Shown: positions 55,966 through 64,000 of the stretch, one piece after another | Layout: every line of letters begins with the position of its first letter | How positions within the stretch are numbered: position 1 is the stretch's first letter | DNA from: Geminicoccus sp. | GTDB lineage: Bacteria > Pseudomonadota > Alphaproteobacteria > Geminicoccales > Geminicoccaceae | Assembly: GCA_035326425.1 (NCBI GenBank) | Contig: DAOLFG010000005.1 | Coordinates: forward strand, 29,827 to 93,826 | Direction of reading: 5' to 3' | DNA length: 64,000 nt | The notes under the pieces: model-generated | What the model was told of the DNA's origin: nothing | What the model saw: the letters and a program-made list of their open reading frames with translations, nothing else | The model's database searches: none | Program-made: the position numbers and the translations under genes

Positions 55966-57170
55966 GCGTGCGTCTCGCCGATGTCGAGGCCGCGGCGGCG
56001 AGGCTGCGCGGCCAGATCGTCGAGACGCCGTTCCTGCACTCGGCCACCCTGTCGGAGATCACCGGCGCCGAGCTGTGGCTGAAGTTCGAGAACCTGCAGT
56101 ACACCGCCTCGTTCAAGGAGCGCGGCGCCTACAACCGCCTGGTCCAGCTGCCCGACGAGGCGCGCCGCCGGGGCGTCGTGGCGATGTCGGCCGGCAACCA
56201 TGCCCAGGGTGTCGCCTATCACGGCCGCCGGCTCGGCATTCCCGCCACCATCGTGATGCCGGAGGCCACGCCCTTCACCAAGATCGAGGGCACCCGACGC
56301 CTGGGTGCGCGCGTCGAGCTGGCGGGACAGGGCGTGGAGGAGGCTGCCGCCTTCGCCCGCCGGCTGGAGGCCGACGAAGGGCTGACTTTCGTCCACCCGT
56401 TCGACGATCCCGGCATCATCGCCGGCCAGGGCACCGTGGCGCTGGAGATGCTGGCCGAGCGGCCCGACCTCGATCTGTTGCTGGTGCCGGTCGGCGGCGG
56501 CGGCCTGATCGGCGGCGTGGCGGTGGCGGCTCACGGCCTGAAACCGGGCATCGAGATCCTCGGCGTTGAGGCCGCCCTCTATCCCTCGGTCCAGCGCCGG
56601 CTCGCCGGGCTGGGCCCGGCCTCGGGCGGCGACACGATCGCCGAAGGCATCGCCGTCAAGGAGCCCGGTGCCCTGACGCTGCCGCTGATCCGCGAGCATG
56701 TCGCCGAGGTGCTGCTGGCGGCCGAGGCCGCGATCGAAGCCGCCGTGCTGGGACTGCTCGAGATCGAGAAGACGGTGGTGGAGGGTGCCGGTGCGGTCGG
56801 CCTCGCCGCCGTGCAGAGCTTCCCCGAGCGCTTCCGCGGCCGACGCATCGGCTTGATCCTGTCGGGCGGCAACATCGACAGCCGCCTGCTGTCGGCCTGC
56901 ATCCTGCGCGGTCTCGTCCGCACCGAGCGGCTGGTGCGGCTGCGCGTCGGCATCCCCGACAGCCCGGGCAGCCTCGCCCGGGTGACGGCGGTGATCGGCG
57001 AGGCCGGCGGCAACGTCGTCGATGTCGAGCACCAGCGGGCCTTCTCGCAGCGCTCGGTCAAGCAGGCTGACGTCGACTTCACCATCGAGACGCGCAACGC
57101 CACCCATGCCGAGGCGATCGTCACGGCGCTGTCGGCAGGCGGCTTCGCGGTTGCTCGCCTTTCATCCTAG
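55962..57170 (+). CDS. Threonine ammonia-lyase (PLP fold type II with one C-terminal ACT-like domain)
   Basis: GTG overlaps the argC stop (GTGA). PLP lysine motif SFKERGA, GNHAQG and GGGGL. Confidence 0.9.
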   Translation: MSVRLADVEAAAARLRGQIVETPFLHSATLSEITGAELWLKFENLQYTASFKERGAYNRLVQLPDEARRRGVVAMSAGNHAQGVAYHGRRLGIPATIVMPEATPFTKIEGTRRLGARVELAGQGVEEAAAFARRLEADEGLTFVHPFDDPGIIAGQGTVALEMLAERPDLDLLLVPVGGGGLIGGVAVAAHGLKPGIEILGVEAALYPSVQRRLAGLGPASGGDTIAEGIAVKEPGALTLPLIREHVAEVLLAAEAAIEAAVLGLLEIEKTVVEGAGAVGLAAVQSFPERFRGRRIGLILSGGNIDSRLLSACILRGLVRTERLVRLRVGIPDSPGSLARVTAVIGEAGGNVVDVEHQRAFSQRSVKQADVDFTIETRNATHAEAIVTALSAGGFAVARLSS

Positions 57171-57238
57171 GATAGTTTTCTTTACAACTCGTGCTTCTTC
57201 TGGTAGCTTCACGGGCAGGCTGGACAGGAGTGCTGCCC

Positions 57239-57877
57239 GTGCGCGTGCTGTTGGTCGAGGGTGACGAGAACGATGCGCGGGCGGTCCGTCGGGCACTGGG
57301 CGAGCGCTACGACCTGCGGGTCGTCGGGTCGCTGGCCGAGGCGCTGGCACTGCTGGCCGGCCGCGGCTGGCGTCCCGATGTGATCGTAGCCGACATGAGC
57401 CTGCCCGATTCGCAGGGCTCCGCCACCGTCGAGGCCCTACAGTCGACGGCGCGGGGCACGCCGGTGATCGTCAGCTCCGGGGCCATGACCGACACACTGC
57501 GGCGGCAGGTCGACGCCCTCGGTGTCGTGCGGGTGCAGGACAAGCTCGAGGGCTATGTCGTGCTGCGCGCCCTGCTGCAGCAGCAGGCGACCTTCCAGCA
57601 CAGCCTGACCTCCGGCCGCGCCGAGCTGATGGCCGAGATCGACAAGGTGGCCCGCCGGGCCGCCGAGATCGTGGTCAGCCAGGCGATGGGCAAGCTGCTT
57701 GAGCGGCTCGGCATGCAGGACGAGGAAGGCGTGCGCATGGCGGTCCGCCTCGCCCGCGGCTGGGACGCCGCCAAGTCGCGCTTCCTCGGCACGCTCATCA
57801 CCGGCGTCGCGTCGGCGGCGCTGCTGGCCCTGGGCGCTGGCCTGGCGGCCATGATCAAGAACGGCGGGCCGCGCTGA
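57239..57877 (+). CDS. Orphan response-regulator receiver protein with a helical C-terminal region ending in a TM segment
   Basis: REC motifs VLLVEGDEND, IVADMSLPD and VIVSSG. The C-terminus TLITGVASAALLALGAGLAAMI is hydrophobic. The start is uncertain (GTGs at 57230/57239 after AGGAG; the track start is 57191). Confidence 0.7.
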   Translation: MRVLLVEGDENDARAVRRALGERYDLRVVGSLAEALALLAGRGWRPDVIVADMSLPDSQGSATVEALQSTARGTPVIVSSGAMTDTLRRQVDALGVVRVQDKLEGYVVLRALLQQQATFQHSLTSGRAELMAEIDKVARRAAEIVVSQAMGKLLERLGMQDEEGVRMAVRLARGWDAAKSRFLGTLITGVASAALLALGAGLAAMIKNGGPR

Positions 57878-57941
57878 GCCGGCGGGGATTGCAAGCGGCC
57901 CGGCGTCGCGGGACCTTCCGGTCCCCATCGGCGAGGGCTGG

Positions 57942-58700
57942 ATGCGAACGATCCTCATCATCGGCATCGGTGCCGGCGATCCCGACTACCTGACCGTCCA
58001 GGCGATCGGGGCTCTGAACCGGGCGGGAGTGCTGTTCATCCCGGACAAGGGTGAGGAGAAGGCCGACCTGCGGCGGCTGCGCACCGAAATATGCGAGCGC
58101 TACATCGAGAAGCCCGGCTGGCGCACCGTCGGCTTCGAGATGCCCCGCCGTGCCGAGGCCGGCGACGACTATCTCGGCACCGTCGACGACTGGCACGCCA
58201 GGATCGCGGCGGGCTATGCGGCACTCGTCGAGCGCGAGCTGCCCGATGGCGGATGCGGCGCCTTCCTGGTCTGGGGCGATCCGGCGCTCTACGATAGCAT
58301 GATCCGCATCGTCGAGCGCATCGCCGCCGGTGGCATGGCGCTGGAATGGCAGGTCGTCCCCGGCATCACCGCCGTGCAGGCCCTGGCGGCACGCCACCGC
58401 GTCCCGCTCAACCGCATCGGCGAGCCGGTTCTGGTCACAACCGGCCGCCGGCTCGCCGAAGGCGACATGGCCCGCGACGGCGACGTGGTCGTGATGCTGG
58501 ATGGCGGGCAGGCCTTCGCCCGCATCGACCCTACCGGCCTCGACATCTATTGGGGCGCCTATCTCGGTACGCCGGACGAGATCCTGATATCGGGCCCGCT
58601 CGCCGAGGTCCGGGACAGGATCGCCGAGACGAGGAGGCGGGCGCGCGAGGCCAAGGGCTGGATCATGGACACCTATCTGCTCCGCCGGCGCGCACCCTAG
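57942..58700 (+). CDS. cobF: Precorrin-6A synthase (deacetylating)
   Basis: 252 aa. IGIGAGDPDYLT, WGDPALYDS and PGITA, a class III tetrapyrrole methylase pattern with CobF-like length and tail. Confidence 0.85.
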   Translation: MRTILIIGIGAGDPDYLTVQAIGALNRAGVLFIPDKGEEKADLRRLRTEICERYIEKPGWRTVGFEMPRRAEAGDDYLGTVDDWHARIAAGYAALVERELPDGGCGAFLVWGDPALYDSMIRIVERIAAGGMALEWQVVPGITAVQALAARHRVPLNRIGEPVLVTTGRRLAEGDMARDGDVVVMLDGGQAFARIDPTGLDIYWGAYLGTPDEILISGPLAEVRDRIAETRRRAREAKGWIMDTYLLRRRAP

Positions 58701-59356
58701 TCGGGCCCGACACCCAGGCACTTCGCGAGGAACCTGCCGCCCGCCTCGATTCCATACGGGTCGATGCTGTGCGGCAACCCCGGCCGTACGATCCCTTCCA
58801 CGTCGAAGCCAGCCTGCTTCAACCCGCTCACCGCCATCCCGAGTGCCGCCACCGGCACGATGTCGTCGGCATCGCCGTGGACCAGCATCACCGGCGGCCG
58901 CGAGCGGGCCTCGCCCGCCAGCAGCTCCGGCCCCAGCAGCGCGCCGGAGAATCCCAGCACGCCCGCGATCGCCTCGGGACGCCTCGGCGCCACATGCAGC
59001 GACATCATGGTGCCCTGCGAGAATCCGAGCAGGGCCAGCCTCTTGGGCGGCAGGGCGTGGCGCTCGAGCAGTCCGTCGAGATAGGCGTCGAGAATTGGAG
59101 CCGAGCGTCGGATGCCGGCCAGCATCGCCTCCGGCCTGCGGTCCTGCAGGCTGAACCACTGCCGGCCGAACGGCGCCATGTCGCAGGGCTCGGGCCCGTC
59201 CGGCGCATGGAACGCCGTGTCCGGCAGCGCCGGCCGCAGCATCGGGACGAGGTCGATCAGGTCCCGCCCGTCGGCGCCGACGCCATGCAGCAGGACGACG
59301 ATCCGCTGCACCGTCCCATGGCCAGGCAGCACCGAGGGGCCGTGAAGCTGGGGCAT
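58697..59356 (-). CDS. Alpha/beta hydrolase (phospholipase/carboxylesterase family)
   Basis: The last 219 aa of track ORF 58697..59548. LLHGVGADG, nucleophile elbow GFSQG, and the HG..D..VP and H triad context. Confidence 0.85.
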   Translation of the reverse strand: MPQLHGPSVLPGHGTVQRIVVLLHGVGADGRDLIDLVPMLRPALPDTAFHAPDGPEPCDMAPFGRQWFSLQDRRPEAMLAGIRRSAPILDAYLDGLLERHALPPKRLALLGFSQGTMMSLHVAPRRPEAIAGVLGFSGALLGPELLAGEARSRPPVMLVHGDADDIVPVAALGMAVSGLKQAGFDVEGIVRPGLPHSIDPYGIEAGGRFLAKCLGVGPD

Positions 59357-59465
59357 GGCGATCCTATCTCCGGCTGGGACAGACACTTGCACTGTTGCGC
59401 TGCCGTTCAGCATGATGGCTGGCGGCGTGCGGCTCAACCGTGCGTGGCGAGACATCGGAGCCGAG

Positions 59466-60401
59466 ATGACGGCTGGCGGCGGCGGCGCGTTGCTGCGCGG
59501 GACGGATTTCCTGCCCCTCTTCGAGGCGGGCGACGCGGTGCGTGTCACCCGCTTCGCGCCCAGCCCGACCGGCTACCTGCATCTCGGCCACGCCTATTCG
59601 GCACTGTTCGCCTGGGAGGCCGCCCGGCAGTCGGGCGGCGCCTTCCGCCTGCGGATCGAGGACATCGACCACCAGCGCTGCCGGCCGGAGTTCGAGCAGG
59701 CGACCTACGAGGATCTGCGCTGGCTCGGCCTCGACTGGGACGGGCCGGCCCGTCGGCAGTCCGACCACATGGACATCTATGCCGACGCCCTCTCCGAGCT
59801 GTGCCGCCTCGGCGTCGCCTATCCCTGCTTCTGCTCGCGCAAGCAGATCCGCGCCGAGGTCGAGGAGGCCGGCAGAGCACCGCACGGCCCCTCGGGCGAG
59901 CCGATCTACCCGGGCGTCTGCCGTGGCCTGGCGCCGGCCGAGGCCGAGGCGCGCATGGCACGCGGCGAGCCCTTCGCCTGGCGTCTCGACGTCGCCAGGG
60001 CGCTGGCCATCACCGGCCCGCTGACCTGGCTCGACCACCGCGCCGGCACGGTCACGGCCGATCCCCTGTCGCTCGGCGACATCGTGATCGCTCGCAAGGA
60101 CGTGCCGACGAGCTATCATCTGGCGGTGACGGTCGACGATCACCTGCAGGGGGTCACCTTGGTCACGCGCGGCGAGGACCTCTTCCACGCCACCCATGTC
60201 CACCGGCTGCTGCAGGCGCTGCTCGGCCTGCGCGTCCCCACTTGGTATCACCACAATCTGGTGGCCGACTCGCTGGGCCAGCGGATGTCCAAGCGCAACC
60301 GGGCGGTGACGCTGCGCCATCTGCGCGAGAGCCGCCGCACGCCGGACGCCATCTGGAGCCTCATCGGCCTGCCGCGCCACGAGGTCGCCGGAGCGGCCTA
60401 G
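59466..60401 (+). CDS. gluQ: tRNA glutamyl-Q(34) synthetase
   Basis: RFAPSPTGYLHLGH (HIGH) and MSKR (KMSKS-like). Truncated GluRS catalytic domain with a Zn-site CFCSRK...C. Start chosen at Met38 of the track ORF. Confidence 0.85.
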   Translation: MTAGGGGALLRGTDFLPLFEAGDAVRVTRFAPSPTGYLHLGHAYSALFAWEAARQSGGAFRLRIEDIDHQRCRPEFEQATYEDLRWLGLDWDGPARRQSDHMDIYADALSELCRLGVAYPCFCSRKQIRAEVEEAGRAPHGPSGEPIYPGVCRGLAPAEAEARMARGEPFAWRLDVARALAITGPLTWLDHRAGTVTADPLSLGDIVIARKDVPTSYHLAVTVDDHLQGVTLVTRGEDLFHATHVHRLLQALLGLRVPTWYHHNLVADSLGQRMSKRNRAVTLRHLRESRRTPDAIWSLIGLPRHEVAGAA

Positions 60402-61330
60402 TGCGGCGGCTGGCGACGCTCGTCCTGGCCCTCGTTCTGCTCGGCGGCTGCGCCGCGGTCCCCGCTCCCCCGGTCGACGACACCGATGCCGGCCGGCCCA
60501 GCGCCGTGTGGCGGCCCGAGGGCACGCCTCGCGCCGTGCTGCTGGCCCTGCACGGCTTCAACGACCACCACACCGCCTTCGCCGAGTTCGGGCCCTGGGC
60601 CGCCGGCCAGGGCGTGCTGGTCGAGGCCTACGACCAGCGAGGCTTCGGCGCCAACCCGGACCACGGCCGCTGGCCCGGCGCCGAGGCGCTGACCGCCGAC
60701 CTGCGCGCCGCCGTCGTCCGGCTGCGCCAGCAGCATCCGGGCGTGCCGCTCTACGTCCTGGGCGAGAGCATGGGAGCCGCCGTGATCACGGTGGCGATGA
60801 CCGGTTCCGACGCCCCCGAGGTCGACGGCATCGTGCTCAGCGCCCCGGCGGTGTGGGGCGGTGCGGCCCTCAACCCGTTCTATCGGGCCACCTTGTGGGT
60901 GATGCGCAACGTCGTGCCGTCGATGACCCTGACCGGCCGCGGCCTGGGCAAGCAGGCTTCCGACAACATCCCGATGCTGCGGGCGCTCGGTGCCGATCCG
61001 CTGTTCATCAAGGAGACGCGCGTCGACGCCATCGGCGGCGTCGTCGACCTGATGGGCGAGGCCCTGCAGCGCGGACCGGCGCTGACCACCCGCAAGCTGG
61101 TGCTGATCGGCCAGCGCGACGAGATCGTCCCGCCCGAGGCGCAGGAGACCTTCGTCGCCTCGCTGCCGGCCAGCGGCTGCACGCTGGTCTCCTATCCCGA
61201 GGGCTGGCACCTGCTGCTGCGCGACCTGCAACGCCAGCGGGTCTGGCAGGACATCCTGGGCTGGATCGGCAACGGGACCCCACCCTCGGGCCTCGCCACC
61301 GCCTGTCCCGCCGCCGACCTAGGAAGCTGA
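60401..61330 (+). CDS. Lipoprotein alpha/beta hydrolase (lysophospholipase / monoglyceride lipase-like)
   Basis: GTG overlaps the gluQ stop. Lipobox LLGGC, HGFNDH and nucleophile elbow GESMG. Confidence 0.8.
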   Translation: MRRLATLVLALVLLGGCAAVPAPPVDDTDAGRPSAVWRPEGTPRAVLLALHGFNDHHTAFAEFGPWAAGQGVLVEAYDQRGFGANPDHGRWPGAEALTADLRAAVVRLRQQHPGVPLYVLGESMGAAVITVAMTGSDAPEVDGIVLSAPAVWGGAALNPFYRATLWVMRNVVPSMTLTGRGLGKQASDNIPMLRALGADPLFIKETRVDAIGGVVDLMGEALQRGPALTTRKLVLIGQRDEIVPPEAQETFVASLPASGCTLVSYPEGWHLLLRDLQRQRVWQDILGWIGNGTPPSGLATACPAADLGS

Positions 61331-62143
61331 GCCGCCGACCCGTTCGATCAGCGCCATGGCGGCCGCCGGATTGCGCTCCTTGAAGCCGCTGATGACATAG
61401 AGGAACACCTCGCGCTCCTGGCCGTCGGCCCCGTCCGGCGTCACCTGCTCCAGCCCCTCCGGGCGCCGGCCGGCCGCCCAGGCGCGCGCCCGCCCGGCCC
61501 AGGCGTCGAGCGCCGCCTCGCCATAGCCCGCCGCATGCTCCTCGCTGGTGCCCATGATCCGGGCATAGACGAAGGGTGCCACGACGTCGGCGATCTGCGG
61601 ATAGGACCCGTCGGCCGCCGCCACGATCGCAACGCCGTGCTCGCGGGCCAGCGCCACCACCTCGGGCGAACGGAAGCTGTCGTGGCGCAGCTCGACGGCA
61701 TGCCGGACCTCCCGGCCGTCGACCCTCTTCGGCAGCAGCGCCATGAAGGCGGCGAGGTCGTCGAGATCCAGCTTCTTGGTGGTCATGAACTGCCAGTTCA
61801 CCGGCCCGAGCTTGTCCTTCAGCTCCATCACGCCACTGGTGAAGAACCGCTCGATGGATTGCCCGGCCTCGGCCAACACACGGCGATTGGTGGCGAAGCG
61901 CGGTCCCTTCACGGCGAAGACGAAATCGTCGGGCGTCTCGGCGTACCACTTGGCGAAGCTCTCGGGCTTCTGCGAGCCGTAGTAGGTGCCGTTGATCTCG
62001 ATCGAGGTCAGCCTGCGGCTGGCATATTCCAGCTCGCGCTTCTGCGGCAGGCCCTTCGGATAGAACGGCCCCCGCCACGGCTCGTAGGTCCAGCCTCCGA
62101 TCCCGACGCGGATGCGCCCCGGCTGCGGTGTCGCCATCGGCAC
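61319..62143 (-). CDS. DUF72 domain-containing protein
   Basis: 274 aa. IGGWTYEPWRG.FYP, EINGTYY and the WQF... pattern of DUF72/UPF0759. Confidence 0.85.
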   Translation of the reverse strand: MPMATPQPGRIRVGIGGWTYEPWRGPFYPKGLPQKRELEYASRRLTSIEINGTYYGSQKPESFAKWYAETPDDFVFAVKGPRFATNRRVLAEAGQSIERFFTSGVMELKDKLGPVNWQFMTTKKLDLDDLAAFMALLPKRVDGREVRHAVELRHDSFRSPEVVALAREHGVAIVAAADGSYPQIADVVAPFVYARIMGTSEEHAAGYGEAALDAWAGRARAWAAGRRPEGLEQVTPDGADGQEREVFLYVISGFKERNPAAAMALIERVGGSAS

Positions 62144-62150
62144 TCCCTGC

Positions 62151-63020
62151 TCAACGCAGCCGCGCCAGCCCGGTATTGGCCGAGACCCGCGCGGTCAGCG
62201 TCGCGAGCAGTACACCCACCACCGGCACGCAGGCCAGCAGGACCCAGTCGATGGCTCGGAGCTCCTGCGTCGGCATATCGAGATGGCCGAGGCCCCAGGC
62301 CGTCCCCACGAGCGTCAGCGCCGCCAGCAGGAAGCCGGCAACGGCGCCGCGCAGGCCGCTCGCCAGCGCGTGCTGCTCGAACTGCCGCGCCACATAGCTG
62401 TCGGCCGCCCCCATCATCCGCAACAGCTCGACGGTCTCGTCGTGCTGATCCAGGCTGAGCCGCGTCACCACCGCCACGACCGCGATGCCGGCGACCAGGA
62501 GCAGCACGCCCAGCACCACGCCGGCCATCCGCAGCACGCGCGCCGTCCGGGTGACCTCGAGCGACCGCGTCGGCACGACATCGACCGCCGCGTCCCGGGC
62601 CACCGTCGCGAGCGCGGCCGAGACCTCGGTCGCGCTCGGCTCGACACCCTGGTTGTAGATCACGTCGATGATGCGCGGCAGCGGCAGCCGACCGAGATCC
62701 TGGAGGCCGCCGAGCCAGGGCTCGACCAGCTCGACCATCTCCTCGGCCGACACCGGCTGCGCCGAGGCCACGCCCGGCAGCGACCGGAGCAGCGCCAGGA
62801 TGCGCGAGGTCTCGTCCGCGCCGGCCTCGCCCTCCTGGGCGGGCGGCAGCGAGACGGTCAGCATGCGCGGCTCGCGGCTGACGGAGCTGATCCGGCCGTC
62901 GGCCACCGCCGCCAGCGCGAACGCCAGGATCGCCAGGTAGATCAGCGCGCCGGTGATCCAGGTCATGAAGCGGCTGGCCGGCGTGCGAGCCAGCGGCAGG
63001 TCGCGACGTGCCGGAGCCAT
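62151..63020 (-). CDS. ftsX: Cell division ABC transporter permease FtsX
   Basis: 289 aa. TM1, a periplasmic domain, then 3 C-terminal TM. Lies directly downstream of ftsE. Confidence 0.85.
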   Translation of the reverse strand: MAPARRDLPLARTPASRFMTWITGALIYLAILAFALAAVADGRISSVSREPRMLTVSLPPAQEGEAGADETSRILALLRSLPGVASAQPVSAEEMVELVEPWLGGLQDLGRLPLPRIIDVIYNQGVEPSATEVSAALATVARDAAVDVVPTRSLEVTRTARVLRMAGVVLGVLLLVAGIAVVAVVTRLSLDQHDETVELLRMMGAADSYVARQFEQHALASGLRGAVAGFLLAALTLVGTAWGLGHLDMPTQELRAIDWVLLACVPVVGVLLATLTARVSANTGLARLR

Positions 63021-63026
63021 CGCCGG

Positions 63027-63746
63027 CTACTCCGCCGCGCCGAGCGTGGGCTCGGCCGCCACGGCGAGGCATCCCGCTTCCATCCTCAGCACCGGGAACG
63101 TGTAGCGGCGCAGCAGCTCCTGGCTGTGCGTCGCGAACACAACGGCGGTCCCCAGCTTGTGGAGCTGCACGAACAGATGCATCAGCCGCTCCGCGCGCGC
63201 CGGATCGAGGTTGGAGGTGGGCTCGTCCGCCAGCAGCAGGCTCGGCCTGCACACCACCGCGCGCGCCACGGCCACCAGCTGGCGCTGGCCCATCGACAGC
63301 GATTTCGGCTTGGCGTCGACCATCTCGCCGAGCCCAAGCCAGCCCAGCATCTCCGAGACATAACTGGCGATCTGGATGTCCGAGGCGCCGGCGATGCGCA
63401 GCGGTAGCGCCACGTTCTCGAACGCGCTCAGGTGATCGATGAGACGTAGGTCCTGGAATACGACTCCGATGCGACGGCGGACCGTACCGGCCTCTTCGCG
63501 GCCGAGCTTGGAGACATCGCGGCCGAAAAGCGATACCGTACCACGAGATGGCTGATAGGACAGGCTGAGCAGACGAAGCAGCGAGGTCTTGCCGGCGCCG
63601 CTCGGACCGACGAGGAAATGGAAGCTGCCGGCCCGCAGGACGAGGTCGACGTCGCGCAGCACCTCGCCGGCAACGCCGTAGCGCATGCCGATCTGGTGCA
63701 ACCGGACGACGGTCGCCCCATCGTCGCTCAAGCCGACCCCCGCCAT
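63027..63746 (-). CDS. ftsE: Cell division ATP-binding protein FtsE
   Basis: Walker A GPSGAGKTS, signature MGQRQLVAVARA and Walker B LLLADEPTSNLD. Confidence 0.9.
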   Translation of the reverse strand: MAGVGLSDDGATVVRLHQIGMRYGVAGEVLRDVDLVLRAGSFHFLVGPSGAGKTSLLRLLSLSYQPSRGTVSLFGRDVSKLGREEAGTVRRRIGVVFQDLRLIDHLSAFENVALPLRIAGASDIQIASYVSEMLGWLGLGEMVDAKPKSLSMGQRQLVAVARAVVCRPSLLLADEPTSNLDPARAERLMHLFVQLHKLGTAVVFATHSQELLRRYTFPVLRMEAGCLAVAAEPTLGAAE

Positions 63747-63836
63747 GACACCGACACTTACACGCTCGGGCGTTTTAGTCTAGATGGCAATCAACCTGTG
63801 CGTGAGAAAACCGGGGCGAGATAGAGCGAGAAGCGG

Positions 63837-64000
63837 ATGATCCTTATCTGTCCCGAATGTGCTACCCGCTACCGGCTGGCCGACAATGCCATCGGCCCGG
63901 ACGGTCGCAGCGTCCGCTGCAAGGCTTGCGGTCACCGGTGGCACGCGACCCTGGCGAGCGTCGCCGCCGCCGAGCTGGCCGCCGCCTCGCCGCCCGCCCG
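63837..64000 (+). CDS. MJ0042-type zinc-ribbon protein; 3' end lies outside the window
   Basis: Hand-translated MILICPECATRYRLADNAIGPDGRSVRCKACGHRWHA (two CxxC pairs). Open to the window edge. Coordinates +/-1. Confidence 0.7.
   Translation, partial: MILICPECATRYRLADNAIGPDGRSVRCKACGHRWHATLASVAAAELAAASPPA

Overview
By eye this is a high-G+C chromosomal window (composition not computed). Its gene content looks alphaproteobacterial, for example dapA-smpB, ftsEX next to an MJ0042-type zinc-ribbon gene, TRAP and ABC transporters, and the mod operon. I call about 65 protein-coding genes, mostly housekeeping and transport. I saw no rRNA, tRNA, CRISPR array, transposase or integrase. Many long ORFs in the six-frame track are antisense shadows of real genes, which is usual at this G+C, and I rejected them.

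Five places stand out:
1. 31.5-36.2 kb: a 1100-aa SAM / class III cyclase / P-loop STAND / TPR protein is followed 51 nt later by a divergent patatin-like lipase gene with atypical codon usage. This is my best candidate for an undescribed second-messenger, NLR-like module.
2. 13.0-16.8 kb: an intact, translationally coupled non-flagellar type III secretion sub-operon, sctO-P-Q-R-S-T. The sctN and sctU genes that normally flank it are missing, as are sctV, sctC and sctJ. It sits between a CoxL-like gene and a metal-resistance pair.
3. 40.6-41.9 kb: a three-subunit (split beta) cobalt-type nitrile hydratase / thiocyanate hydrolase-like operon next to a VapBC pair.
4. 25.4-26.7 kb: an MFS transporter gene with no stop codon in any minus-strand frame before it runs deep into the convergent motB.
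5. About 2.62-2.84 kb: a tiny ORF with an 11-nt perfect anti-Shine-Dalgarno match, followed by a strong terminator.

Several operator-like palindromes (MerR, TetR, GntR, Mo-box) are also visible. All functional calls rest on motif and family recognition by eye; no database search was run.
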